A stretch of DNA of 64,000 bases. Source: Methanothermococcus sp. Ax23 (lineage in GTDB: Archaea > AGJL01 > Methanococci > Methanococcales > Methanococcaceae). The stretch covers positions 480,001 to 544,000 of the forward strand of contig NZ_CP157522.1 of NCBI RefSeq assembly GCF_049075655.1. The letters are read 5' to 3'. The translations under genes and the position numbers were made by a program. Shown here in pieces: positions 10,594 to 20,609 of the stretch. The notes beneath the pieces were generated by a model, which ran no database searches, was not told the origin of the DNA, and worked only from the letters and a program-made list of their open reading frames with translations. Every line of letters starts with the position of its first letter. The first letter of the stretch is position 1.

Positions 10594-12228
10594 ATGGCAG
10601 CAGGTCAGCCAGTAGTTGTATTACCAGAAAATGTAAAAAGATACATGGGAAGAGATGCTCAGAGAATGAACATATTAGCAGGAAGAATCATTGCTGAAAC
10701 CGTAAGATCCACATTGGGACCAAAGGGAATGGACAAAATGTTAGTTGATGATTTGGGGGACATTGTTGTTACAAACGATGGTGTAACAATCTTAAAAGAA
10801 ATGAGTGTAGAACACCCAGCTGCAAAAATGTTAATCGAAGTTGCAAAAACCCAAGAAAAAGAAGTTGGGGATGGAACAACAACAGCTGTTGTTATATCTG
10901 GTGAATTATTAAGAAAAGCTGAAGAATTACTTGACCAGAATGTTCATCCAACAATCGTTATCAAAGGATACCAGTTAGCACTTGAAAAAGTTCAGGAAAT
11001 ATTAAAAGACATTGCTATTGAAGTAAAAGCTGACGACAAAGAAATGTTAAAGAAAATAGCAATGACATCAATCACAGGAAAAGGTGCTGAAAAAGCTAAG
11101 GAAAAATTGGGGGACATAATTGTTGAAGCTGTATCAACAGTTGTTGATGAAAACGGTAAAATCGATAAAGATTTAATAAAAGTAGAGAAGAAAGAAGGAA
11201 CATCCGTTGATGAAACAGAATTAATCAGAGGAGTATTAATCGATAAGGAAAGAGTAAATCCACAGATGCCTAAGAAGGTAGAAAATGCAAAAATTGCATT
11301 GTTGAACTGCCCAATTGAAGTTAAAGAAACAGAAACAGATGCTAAAATAAGCATAACAGACCCTGCAAAGATGATGGAATTCATCGAACAGGAAGAAAAG
11401 ATGTTAAAAGACATGGTTGATGAAATAAAAGCATCTGGTGCAAATGTTGTATTCTGTCAGAAAGGAATTGATGACTTAGCTCAGCACTACCTTGCAAAAG
11501 CAGGAATCCTTGCAGTAAGAAGAGTTAAAAAATCAGACATAGAAAAACTTTCAAAAGCAACAGGAGCAAACATTATTACAAACATAAAAGACTTAACAGC
11601 AGACGACTTAGGAGAAGCTGGACTTGTATCAGAAGAGAAAGTTGCTGGCGACGCAATGATATTCGTTAAAGAATGCAAGCATCCAAAAGCAGTAACAATC
11701 TTAGTAAGAGGAACAACAGAACATGTTGTAGATGAAGTAGCAAGAGCTATCGATGACGCAATAGGCGTTGTAGCATGCACCATAGAAGATGGTAAAATCG
11801 TTGCTGGTGGTGGAGCAGCAGAAGTAGAATTAGCTATGAGATTAAGAGACTACGCAGACACAGTAAGCGGAAGAGAACAGTTAGCAGTTAGAGGATTTGC
11901 TGACGCATTAGAAGTAATCCCAAGAACATTGGCAGAAAATGCTGGTTTAGATGCTATCGAAATGCTCGTAAATCTCAGAGCTAAACATGCAACAGATGGA
12001 AGCTCAACATATGGATTAAATGTATTCACAGGCGAAGTTGAAGACATGGCTGAAAATGGAGTTGTTGAACCATTGAGAGTTAAAACACAAGCTATCCAGT
12101 CAGCTACTGAATCAGCAGAAATGTTATTAAGAATAGACGATGTAATCGCAGCTGAAAAATTGAGCGGTGGAGCTGGCGGAGATGCTGGTGACATGGGCGG
12201 AATGGGAGGTATGGGCGGAATGATGTAA
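10594..12228 (+). CDS. ths: Thermosome (group II chaperonin) subunit
   Basis: [26 protein letters not shown]-repeat tail; TTTATATA box at about 10495. Confidence 0.97.
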   Translation: MAAGQPVVVLPENVKRYMGRDAQRMNILAGRIIAETVRSTLGPKGMDKMLVDDLGDIVVTNDGVTILKEMSVEHPAAKMLIEVAKTQEKEVGDGTTTAVVISGELLRKAEELLDQNVHPTIVIKGYQLALEKVQEILKDIAIEVKADDKEMLKKIAMTSITGKGAEKAKEKLGDIIVEAVSTVVDENGKIDKDLIKVEKKEGTSVDETELIRGVLIDKERVNPQMPKKVENAKIALLNCPIEVKETETDAKISITDPAKMMEFIEQEEKMLKDMVDEIKASGANVVFCQKGIDDLAQHYLAKAGILAVRRVKKSDIEKLSKATGANIITNIKDLTADDLGEAGLVSEEKVAGDAMIFVKECKHPKAVTILVRGTTEHVVDEVARAIDDAIGVVACTIEDGKIVAGGGAAEVELAMRLRDYADTVSGREQLAVRGFADALEVIPRTLAENAGLDAIEMLVNLRAKHATDGSSTYGLNVFTGEVEDMAENGVVEPLRVKTQAIQSATESAEMLLRIDDVIAAEKLSGGAGGDAGDMGGMGGMGGMM

Positions 12229-12323
12229 GCCCCCATCCCATTACTTTCTTTTTTAGAAAAATATATTTATAAATTTAAATAAACTATATAAAAAAGGATA
12301 ATAAAATAAGAATAATAAATTAT

Positions 12324-13646
12324 CTAATATCTCTCAATTCCTCCTATATTTTTCACAACTTCCAAAAATGATTCTTCCAATGCCTTCAAATCATCTTTTT
12401 TATAGGAGTATATTCTAAATGTAATGCTTTTAAATCCATTTTTAATATTACTTCCTTCATATACATCTATAATTTCAATATCAAACATGCAGTTCAATAA
12501 TTTCAAAATAATGTCTGGATTCACTTCTTTTTTGAATAATACGGATATATCATAATAATATTTTTTTAAATTTTGTTCTTTCCATTGTTTTAATTCCTCA
12601 TCATCCATTAAAATTACATTTGCCACATTAATTTTTAAATCCTTTCCATTTTTATCTATAATTACAAAATCATCAACAATATTTTTTACAATCCCAAAAT
12701 GAACTTTATTTGAATATACATGCCTTAATCCAATTTCTTTACCTGTTGATTTTTTAATTCTCTCGATTTCTTCGGTAATTGCACCAACTGCCTTATTTGA
12801 GTAATTCATACCCCTGATGGTTTCATTTCCAAAGTGTTTAGCAGCTTCTTTCATTATATTTGCAAATGATTCTCTGTCCTTTTTTTCCACTACCTGTTTT
12901 ATGTTATTACATTCTTTTATAAATGTTTCATGAATATGTTTTATTTGTGGATTGTGCATCTGAATATCTGCATATAAATAAGGATTCTGACCAATAATCC
13001 TTGCTATGATATTTATCATGAGCTCATATATTGGTGAGGCATATTTTCTTGATTCTTTAATATTTATGTCCAAGTCCTTCAATGTTGCACCAAGAGTGAT
13101 ATAGGCATAATGGGTTAAACCTTGAACAACACCCATAATCCTGTCGTGCTTCTCAGGAGGTATTACAATAACCCTTGCCCCTTCTTTTTCAAGGAAATTT
13201 TTTATTTTATCGAACCATGGATTATTTTTATGCTTTTCGGAGGGCGTAAGTATTACAACCTGTCTTTTTAATGAAGGAGTAGCTGGCCCAAACATTGGGT
13301 GGGTGGGAATCACACAAACGCCATCTTTTGCATATTTTTCCATGGCTCTTGATGGAATTTCTTTTATTGATGTGATATCCATCAAAACACAATTTTCCCG
13401 CACGTGTGGAGCTATTTCTTGAATAACCCTTTCAGTAATGTTTATGGGAACTGCAACCATTACTATGTCCCCAATTTTAGAGGCTTCAATATTGTCGTTG
13501 GTGTATTTTACACCCAATTCTTTTTCAACATTTTTACCTTTTACCACATCTCTTCCGGTAACTACTACATCAAAACCTTTATTTTTTAAAAATCTTGCAA
13601 ACCATTTTCCTAGTCCATCCGTTCCGCCGATTATAGAAATTATCAT
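12324..13646 (-). CDS. tyrA: Prephenate dehydrogenase with C-terminal extension
   Basis: IIGGTDGLG Rossmann, DITSIK, HPMFGP, HDRIMGVVQGLTH. Confidence 0.92.
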   Translation of the reverse strand: MIISIIGGTDGLGKWFARFLKNKGFDVVVTGRDVVKGKNVEKELGVKYTNDNIEASKIGDIVMVAVPINITERVIQEIAPHVRENCVLMDITSIKEIPSRAMEKYAKDGVCVIPTHPMFGPATPSLKRQVVILTPSEKHKNNPWFDKIKNFLEKEGARVIVIPPEKHDRIMGVVQGLTHYAYITLGATLKDLDINIKESRKYASPIYELMINIIARIIGQNPYLYADIQMHNPQIKHIHETFIKECNNIKQVVEKKDRESFANIMKEAAKHFGNETIRGMNYSNKAVGAITEEIERIKKSTGKEIGLRHVYSNKVHFGIVKNIVDDFVIIDKNGKDLKINVANVILMDDEELKQWKEQNLKKYYYDISVLFKKEVNPDIILKLLNCMFDIEIIDVYEGSNIKNGFKSITFRIYSYKKDDLKALEESFLEVVKNIGGIERY

Positions 13647-13748
13647 AACAATTCCTTCATGTGTTTTTATAATTATTAATAATACTCATAATGATACCTA
13701 TAATAATACCTATAATATGTATTGTATTTTTATATTTATAATGGCATG

Positions 13749-13765
13749 ACCAAAAAGTTTATATA
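13749..13765 (+). promoter_or_regulatory. BRE/TATA promoter of tRNA-Cys
   Basis: ACCAAAAAGTTTATATA matches the Methanococcus stable-RNA promoter consensus upstream of the tRNA. Confidence 0.7.
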
Positions 13766-13812
13766 TTAGAATTGTATTTTTAATGTATGGAATTAATAAC
13801 ATGTATTAATGT

Positions 13813-13886
13813 GCCAGGGTAGTCTAGTCCGGCGAGGCAGCGGACTGCAGATCCGCTTCAGAAGGGTTCAAATCCCTTCCCTGGCT
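13813..13886 (+). tRNA. tRNA-Cys(GCA)
   Basis: Cloverleaf gccaggg/ccctggc, anticodon arm gcgga-ctGCAga-tccgc, GGTTCAAATCC T-arm. Confidence 0.95.
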
Positions 13887-13904
13887 TTTCTGAAAGAATG
13901 TGAA

Positions 13905-13941
13905 GAAATCAAGCAAATCTCGAAAGAGATTTGCGAGATTT
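13905..13941. repeat. Short palindromic module downstream of tRNA-Cys
   Basis: aaatc..gcaaatctc-gaaa-gagatttgc..gattt hairpin. Confidence 0.6.
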
Positions 13942-14184
13942 TATTTTTATATGGTAATATCGATTAATTTAAATATATTATTATAAGTTTAAGGCTCTTT
14001 CGACTATGGCTTAACCTTTTTAAAGAGTGTATTTAGATTTACAATTTTAATATTATTCATAAGTATTAATTAAATTAATACAGGACATAATATTTTTTTT
14101 AGGTATATTGATACCTTAAATCAAATCGATAAGTTTTTATATTATTTTATAAAATAAATTTATTACAAAAATTGAGGTGATATA

Positions 14185-15249
14185 TTGAAAATCGCTATAT
14201 TGGGAGCAGGATGTTATAGAACACACGCTGCATGTGGTATTACAAACTTTTCAAGAGCAGCAGAAGTTGCAAAAGAAGTGGGAATACCTGAAATCACAAT
14301 GACACACTCTACAATCACAATGGGGGCTGAATTATTACATTTAATCCCAGAAGTTGATGAAGTTGTAGTTTCTGACCCTTGCTTTGCAGAAGAGCCAGGA
14401 ATCGTCGTAATTGACGAATTTGACCCAAAAGAAGTTATGGAAGCTCACCTAGCAGGAGAGCCTGAAAAGGTAATGCCTGCTATTAGAGATGCTGTTAAGG
14501 CTAAGGCAAAAGAACTTCCAAAACCACCAAAAGCATGTATTCATTTTGTCCATCCAGAAAAAGTTGGATTGAAAGTAACCTCTGACGATAGAGAAGCAGT
14601 AGCAGATGCAGATATTGTAATTACATGGTTGCCAAAAGGGGGAAGCCAGCCAGCAATTATTGAAAAATTCGCAGATGCTATAAAAGAAGGAGCAATTGTA
14701 ACACATGCATGCACCATCCCAACACCAAAATTCGCAAAAATTTTCAAAGACTTAGGAAGAGAAGATTTAAACATCATTTCATACCACCCAGGAGCAGTTC
14801 CTGAAATGAAAGGACAGGTATTCTTATCAGAAGGGTTTGCATCAGAAGAAGCTGTTGAAAAACTCTACTGTATAGCAAAAACCGCAAGAGGAACTGCATT
14901 CAAAATGCCTGCAAACTTAATCAGCCCTGTATGTGATATGGGTTCAGCAGTTACTGCACCAGTTTATGCGGCAATATTAGCATACAGAGATGCAGTTACA
15001 AACATATTGGGAGCTCCTGCTGACTTCGCTCAGATGATGGCAGATGAAGCTATCACACAAATGTTGGAATTAATGAGAAAAGAAGGCATTAGAAACATGG
15101 AAGATAAATTAGACCCAAAAGCTTTAACTGGAACAGCAGACAGTATGTGCTTCGGTCCATTAGCAGACATCCTTCCATCAGCATTAAAAGTTCTTGAAAA
15201 ACATGGTAAAGATGACAAATGCGATTGTGGATGTAATATAAAACCATAA
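14185..15249 (+). CDS. hmd: [Fe]-hydrogenase (H2-forming methylene-H4MPT dehydrogenase)
   Basis: KIAILGAGCYRTHAA..GITNF, HACTIPT (Fe-ligand Cys), VCDMGS; TTG start after GAGGTGA. Confidence 0.97.
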   Translation: MKIAILGAGCYRTHAACGITNFSRAAEVAKEVGIPEITMTHSTITMGAELLHLIPEVDEVVVSDPCFAEEPGIVVIDEFDPKEVMEAHLAGEPEKVMPAIRDAVKAKAKELPKPPKACIHFVHPEKVGLKVTSDDREAVADADIVITWLPKGGSQPAIIEKFADAIKEGAIVTHACTIPTPKFAKIFKDLGREDLNIISYHPGAVPEMKGQVFLSEGFASEEAVEKLYCIAKTARGTAFKMPANLISPVCDMGSAVTAPVYAAILAYRDAVTNILGAPADFAQMMADEAITQMLELMRKEGIRNMEDKLDPKALTGTADSMCFGPLADILPSALKVLEKHGKDDKCDCGCNIKP

Positions 15250-15357
15250 TCATTTTCGTTGCTCACAGATTTGTGATTGCACGGCAATATACTTTTTTAT
15301 TTTATTTCCTTTTTATTTTTACTAATGAAAACTATAATTTACAGTTTTGGTGATGCA

Positions 15358-16389
15358 ATGAATTTTTCAAAAATAAAAAGCAATTTTCAAGATTTAAAAA
15401 ATGGAGAAATTGATGTAAAACAGGGATTACTATCAAAAGAAGATGCTTTAAAGTTATTCGAGATTACCCATTGGAAGGATTATTTAAAATTATTTAGTAT
15501 TGCATCAGAAGTAAGAGATTATTTTAAAAAAGAGATAGAAATTACATCAACAATACATATAACGAATATCTGCAAAGTTCATCCAAAATGTCTATACTGC
15601 GGTTTTGCGTCTGGAACTTCAAAAGAGGGATACTACACACCATTTAAAATATCAGATGAGGAGATAAAAAACTCCGCTATTGCAATAGATAAAAGTGGGA
15701 TATGTCGTGTAAGTTGTTCATCTGCCCACGGTTATGAAGGTGGGGAAGTATTAAGAGCTCTAAAGATAGTTAAAGAAAATACCAACTTAGAGGTTTTAGT
15801 AAATGCAGGTGCAGATTTAACAGAGGAATCCATAAAAGAAATGAAAAAATACGGCATAGACACCATTTGCTGTAATTTGGAAACTACAAACAAAGAATTA
15901 TTTAAAAAAATAAAGCCCGGGGAAGAATTGGAGGATAGAATAGAAGTTTGTAAATTGGTTAAAAAATACGATATAGAACTATCATCAGGTTTATTATTGG
16001 GGGTTGGAGAAAGTCATGAGGATAGAGTAAATCATCTCCTATTTTTAAAGGAGCTCGATGTTGATGAGATACCAATTATGGGATTCAATCCATACAAAGG
16101 AACCCCTATGGAAAACCATCCAAGATGTTCTTCATTGGAGCAGGCAAAGACCATTGCAATTGTAAGATTGATGTTTCCAGACATAAGAATTACATCACCA
16201 ACCCCGACGATTGGGGCTGAGCTCATGCAGTTTGCACTGATGGGAGGAGCAAGCAACATAGCAACAGTAATTCCTGATAATCATCCTATGAATATAAAAG
16301 GAGTGGGAAACCCAAAAACAGGAAATTTAAAGGATGTAATTAGAATGATTAAAGAATTGGGTCTAAAACCAAAAATAAGGATGGACTAA
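15358..16389 (+). CDS. hcgA: FeGP cofactor biosynthesis radical SAM protein HcgA (HmdB)
   Basis: CX5CX2C motif (CKVHPKCLYC), BioB-like, directly after hmd; start at ATG behind GGTGAT. Confidence 0.92.
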   Translation: MNFSKIKSNFQDLKNGEIDVKQGLLSKEDALKLFEITHWKDYLKLFSIASEVRDYFKKEIEITSTIHITNICKVHPKCLYCGFASGTSKEGYYTPFKISDEEIKNSAIAIDKSGICRVSCSSAHGYEGGEVLRALKIVKENTNLEVLVNAGADLTEESIKEMKKYGIDTICCNLETTNKELFKKIKPGEELEDRIEVCKLVKKYDIELSSGLLLGVGESHEDRVNHLLFLKELDVDEIPIMGFNPYKGTPMENHPRCSSLEQAKTIAIVRLMFPDIRITSPTPTIGAELMQFALMGGASNIATVIPDNHPMNIKGVGNPKTGNLKDVIRMIKELGLKPKIRMD

Positions 16390-16421
16390 AATTATGCAAT
16401 ATAATAAAAATAAGGGGGATT

Positions 16422-16958
16422 ATGAGGGGAATTAATCCATTCATCTTAAATTTAATTGTTTTAACATCAATAATTGCATTAATTGGTTTAGTGTATTTTT
16501 TTATGAGCTCATATATTATATTACTTCTCACTGCAATTTTGTTTATATCCTTAATAATTTATGCTTATTCTGTTATAGAAGTGATGGGGACAAATAAGGG
16601 AAAATTAGTTTATAAACCTAAATTAAACCTATCTAAATTGAGATATGATTCAGTTATGTTTATAATATTTATGATTATGTTTATACTACATTCTAAAGAA
16701 ATCATATCTATGAATTTATTAATAATATTCATTATATTGTATTTCATTTACAACCATTTGGGAAATTACATTATTTGGAAACCTCCTATTAAAGTATATG
16801 AAAAAGGCATTGTTTTGGGAGATACTGCTTTTTATAAATGGGATGAATTAAATATAAAAGATGAAGGGGATAAAATAAAAATAAAGATAAAATATTATCC
16901 AAAAGAGGTTGTTTTAGATAAAAATATATTAAAGGGTGTAGATTATGAAAGGGATTAA
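16422..16958 (+). CDS. Membrane protein with C-terminal DUF5673/PH-like domain, paralogue 1
   Basis: About 4 TM segments; MxGINP start, NKG motif, YEKG..AFY.W.E shared with the next two ORFs. Confidence 0.75.
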   Translation: MRGINPFILNLIVLTSIIALIGLVYFFMSSYIILLLTAILFISLIIYAYSVIEVMGTNKGKLVYKPKLNLSKLRYDSVMFIIFMIMFILHSKEIISMNLLIIFIILYFIYNHLGNYIIWKPPIKVYEKGIVLGDTAFYKWDELNIKDEGDKIKIKIKYYPKEVVLDKNILKGVDYERD

Positions 16959-17439
16959 TCCACTTTATTTTAAACTAATAAACTCAACCACCATACTATT
17001 AATTTTAGTGCCTTCAATGCTTCATACTGTTGATTTTAAAACTGCTATTTCTGTGGCAATATTATTGGGTGCAATTATTTTAATAGTTATATACTACAAT
17101 TGGAAAAAAATTTCAAAAATAAACAAAGGAAAAATAATAAAATCAGTAAAGGGAAAAATTGGAAATTGGCATTATCTTTTGGCTGGACTGTTGTTGGCAG
17201 GGGTTGGGGGATATTTAGTTATGGCAATTTCATGGACTATGGCATTTATCATACTATTGGGATTTATCATATCTGATTTTAATCAATCCTACAATATTAC
17301 GATTTATGAAAAGGGAGTAGTATTTGATGGTTTGGCATATTATGATTGGAATGAAATTAATAAAATTGATAATGGAGGTAAATTAACATTTAAAATAAAA
17401 AATATTCCAAAAGAAATAGTTATTATAGATAAGAATTAG
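16945..17439 (+). CDS. Membrane protein with C-terminal DUF5673/PH-like domain, paralogue 2
   Basis: MKGINP..NKGK..IYEKGVVFDGLAYYDWNE; overlaps the previous stop. Confidence 0.75.
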   Translation: MKGINPLYFKLINSTTILLILVPSMLHTVDFKTAISVAILLGAIILIVIYYNWKKISKINKGKIIKSVKGKIGNWHYLLAGLLLAGVGGYLVMAISWTMAFIILLGFIISDFNQSYNITIYEKGVVFDGLAYYDWNEINKIDNGGKLTFKIKNIPKEIVIIDKN

Positions 17440-17761
17440 GTGAATTACATCTCCCTTGCGGGAGGGCTTCCTGCTTCATTGAGCTTTCGCCCTCCACAGG
17501 CACAACGGACTCTCCCAGCCCTGACTTTATATTATATCTTGGCGTAAATTCGTAAATCCATCTTATACTTCCAGAGTATTTTATAACAAAAACTAATATA
17601 AATATTTTTCGTCGGATTTCCGAGCGATAGCGAAGGAAAGTAATGAAATGCGAAGCATTTCATCTGATTTCATCCCCTCCCTTACGGAAGGGAATGTCTG
17701 AGCGATAGCGAAGACATTTATAAATTCCGAAGGAATTTATCAAACTTCACGCAGACATTAG
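17440..17761 (-). mobile_element. Non-autonomous IS200/IS605 derivative, family 2 (tnpB 3'-end/omegaRNA-like segment plus ends)
   Basis: Minus strand ends gggctgggagagtccgttgtgcctgtggag..atgaagcaggaagccctcccgcaagggagatgtaaTTCAC, typical of a tnpB tail/right end; left-end hairpin cccttcc-gtaa-gggaggg preceded by TTTAA. Confidence 0.82.
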
Positions 17762-17782
17762 TTAAAACAAAAAGGTGGTGTA

Positions 17783-18406
17783 GTGATAGGGATAAATCCA
17801 AATAAATTTAACAACATAAAAATTATTTATTTTGCATTTTATGTGGGGGTGTGGATTTTTCTTTATAACATGGGAGCTCCTACATTACCAATACTTATCT
17901 TAATCATTCCAATAATTGCCGTTATGGGACAGTTGCGGAGTATGTTAAATAACGCAAATAAAGGAAGTTTTTTGTATGAAGTTAAATATCGCTCAATAAA
18001 TGGTAAATATATATCTATTGCAGTATTGATAGGAATATGTTTGGTATTTTTAAAATATTGGTTAATAAAATATGGAGTAATACCATATAATGGGGAATTT
18101 ATAGTTTATTTTGGAATATTGATGCTTATTATGTTAGTTATAATATTGCTTGGAATAAAATATACGCATTTAAAGTTTTATGAGAAGGGCATAATATACA
18201 ATAACACCGCCTTTTACAATTGGGATGAGGTAGAGCTCACCAAAGATAAAAAAGTTATGAAGTTGAAAATAAAGGACAGTTCAGAGGAAATATTGATTAA
18301 AAATCATTCTTTTAAATTAGATGAGATTGTGGGATATTATGAAAGTTGGAATTTACCCAAATCAAAGATTTGTGAATTGCCGAACGGCAATAACCAAAAT
18401 GTATAG
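17783..18406 (+). CDS. Membrane protein with C-terminal DUF5673/PH-like domain, paralogue 3
   Basis: GTG start, IGINP..NKGS..FYEKGIIYNNTAFYNWDE. Confidence 0.75.
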   Translation: MIGINPNKFNNIKIIYFAFYVGVWIFLYNMGAPTLPILILIIPIIAVMGQLRSMLNNANKGSFLYEVKYRSINGKYISIAVLIGICLVFLKYWLIKYGVIPYNGEFIVYFGILMLIMLVIILLGIKYTHLKFYEKGIIYNNTAFYNWDEVELTKDKKVMKLKIKDSSEEILIKNHSFKLDEIVGYYESWNLPKSKICELPNGNNQNV

Positions 18407-18923
18407 GGATATTGCAGAAATAATTGGTATTGAAGATTACGATGTAGTTAATCCATACAACAATAAACTAAAAGAACATTATGATTTATTGATTATTTCA
18501 AAAGGATACAAAGAAAGAGTGGAAAAATTAAATCCCTATCCGATTTTTGAAATAAAATCCGCCACATTTGATGATTTAATTGAAAGCATGAATGAATTAA
18601 AAAAGTTGAATGTAGGAGCTCCGGATAAGATAGAAAATTACATTGAAACTATCAATAAAAAGAAAAATAAAATTAAATCCTTAGAATACAATAAAAATGT
18701 AAAGATAAACTCTGAAACTGAATTTATAAAAAAGATTATAGTTGATTTAGGCATTACTCCCTCAGATGATGGAATTTTGATAATTCCTGATTATATGATT
18801 GATGAAGATGATGATAATAATTACAATAAAATAATCCTAAATACTCACAGATACGATTTAAATACTCTTGAAAGAATTGAGGATAGGTATTTATCAATTA
18901 TAGAATCAATTAATAAATTGTAG
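18339..18923 (+). CDS. Hypothetical protein upstream of hcgG
   Basis: Soluble ORF with normal codon usage; start placed at MKVGIYP; stop 10 bp before hcgG. Confidence 0.7.
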   Translation: MKVGIYPNQRFVNCRTAITKMYRDIAEIIGIEDYDVVNPYNNKLKEHYDLLIISKGYKERVEKLNPYPIFEIKSATFDDLIESMNELKKLNVGAPDKIENYIETINKKKNKIKSLEYNKNVKINSETEFIKKIIVDLGITPSDDGILIIPDYMIDEDDDNNYNKIILNTHRYDLNTLERIEDRYLSIIESINKL

Positions 18924-18933
18924 TGGTGGAACC

Positions 18934-20460
18934 ATGAAAGATATGATAAAAAATGCAGTAAATGACTTAGATGCCTGTTTAGAATTGAGAAAACAGGTTA
19001 TTGAAAAAATAACAAAAAACAAACTATCTGAAAGTGATATAATTGAAGTGGTTGATGCAGTTGATGATTTAAGCATTGAAGAAATCCAAAAGCTTGGAAG
19101 TAATTTTAGAAAATTCCCTCTTGGATGCGATTTAGTGGAAATTGGCATAGGTCCATGTGCTTCATCATTGACTTTAACGGAGCTCATGGAGAATTGTATT
19201 TTAACTGACCATTTGGGATTCCCAATACATATATGCTCCTATGCACTTGGAGATATTGCGGAAAAAGAAGGCATGACACCGTTGGAGGTTTTCAAAACTA
19301 TCCATGGTGAAATTGAAGTTCCAATTGATTTAGACCACTTTGGAAAATACGGAGCAATGAGATTTCCAAAAGAAATTACCCACTGTTATGGGGATTGTTA
19401 TTACAAAGGACCGCCATACATAGGATGTCCGAGGGATAGGATACATAAACGACTTATCGACAAAGAAAAAGAATATTCTTATGAATTTGACGACTGGATA
19501 AAATTGTCCTCTACTGTATGTATTAATGTTGTGGAGGAACAAGGTGGGGAAGAGCATGCCGCACCGTTGGATGAGATGAAAGTTGTTGCAGAAGCCGCTA
19601 AAAAATATGGCAGAGGATTGGAAGGCATATTCCATATTGGAGATGGATACGACGACTTAATCACTGGTTTAAAGTCATGCATTGATATGGATGTGGATGT
19701 GTTTGTTGTTGAAGGAGCTCCGTTCAACCGTTCAAAAGATAGGTTAAAAGCATTTGCAAAGGCAGTTGCAGTATCCCGTATATTGGTAAAAGGTGGAGTA
19801 GTTGCCACCAATGGTGCCTATGAGGATGAATGCAGAATAGGGCTTAGAAGCGGTTTAAATGTAATATTAAGCGGTTTCAAAGGAAATCATCACGGTTATA
19901 TGTGTGGCTATTCACCAAAAACTGCTAAACGAGGAAACTTTGGAGTTCCAAGAGTTTTGAGGATTATTAAGGAAGAAATCGAATATAATAAATTGGATAC
20001 CTGCATACTAGATAATAACATATTGAAGGCAATAGCAAAGGGAAGCAAATTTTTAAACTACAATAATGAGAGCTTAATTTATCCAAATAAATTAGGCGGG
20101 CATTTTATTGGCGATGCTCACTGGGTAGCAGTTAAAAACAGCAATTTATACAATAATATCCACAGCAAGACAATTGACGACATTGGAGAATGGGATAAAT
20201 TAGGTTTATTGGGTGGTAGATATATAGCATGGGGAATGGCAAAGGCGTTAAAGCCAGAAGAGGTTTATATTAGTGATGCTGACAAATGGGTAGAGAAAAC
20301 CGCTGTAAAAATATTAAATGATGCTGGAATAAACGCCTATGGATGTAATGGAGACGATAAAAAAGTAATAGAAAATGCCGATAAATCCTTTATCACTTCA
20401 TTTATTCCCGAAATAATTCTAAGAATAAAGAATAAAACTAATGCGGAAAGTTTGATTTAA
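18934..20460 (+). CDS. hcgG: FeGP cofactor biosynthesis protein HcgG (HmdC)
   Basis: 508 aa; FPLGCDL.E..GPC, DLDHFG..G.MRFPKEI..C.G.CY..GPP..GCPR; hmd cluster context. Confidence 0.9.
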   Translation: MKDMIKNAVNDLDACLELRKQVIEKITKNKLSESDIIEVVDAVDDLSIEEIQKLGSNFRKFPLGCDLVEIGIGPCASSLTLTELMENCILTDHLGFPIHICSYALGDIAEKEGMTPLEVFKTIHGEIEVPIDLDHFGKYGAMRFPKEITHCYGDCYYKGPPYIGCPRDRIHKRLIDKEKEYSYEFDDWIKLSSTVCINVVEEQGGEEHAAPLDEMKVVAEAAKKYGRGLEGIFHIGDGYDDLITGLKSCIDMDVDVFVVEGAPFNRSKDRLKAFAKAVAVSRILVKGGVVATNGAYEDECRIGLRSGLNVILSGFKGNHHGYMCGYSPKTAKRGNFGVPRVLRIIKEEIEYNKLDTCILDNNILKAIAKGSKFLNYNNESLIYPNKLGGHFIGDAHWVAVKNSNLYNNIHSKTIDDIGEWDKLGLLGGRYIAWGMAKALKPEEVYISDADKWVEKTAVKILNDAGINAYGCNGDDKKVIENADKSFITSFIPEIILRIKNKTNAESLI

Positions 20461-20461
20461 A

Positions 20462-20536
20462 AAAAACATCCTCAGCTACCCCAGGTCTCATCTTATACAG
20501 CATCAGCAGGGATGACTCTCATCACCGGATGTTTTT
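20462..20536 (-). ncRNA. Box C/D guide sRNA
   Basis: Minus strand: terminal stem aaaaacatcc/ggatgttttt, C box GTGATGA, 12-nt guide, D' CTGA, C' AGATGA, 12-nt guide, D CTGA. Confidence 0.88.
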
Positions 20537-20609
20537 TATATTTTATTTATTTTATTCATTTTTTATATTTATTTTCTCTTTTTTTATTTTTTACATTATA
20601 ATTTTTTAT

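Noticed and set aside
10992-12236. Long antisense ORFs over thermosome (likewise over secD/F, purD, purP, polB, pdxS)
   Set aside because: Shadow frames of well-supported genes with no independent motifs or RBS
13675-13720. Short tandem/direct repeats (ataat(a/g)atacct; also about 6510-6540, 58555-58585, 59124-59152)
   Set aside because: Two to three low-complexity units in AT-rich spacers, consistent with replication slippage
15253-15288. Weak hairpin after hmd sharing ttcgttgctc with the 7311 module
   Set aside because: Too degenerate to distinguish from a terminator or chance match
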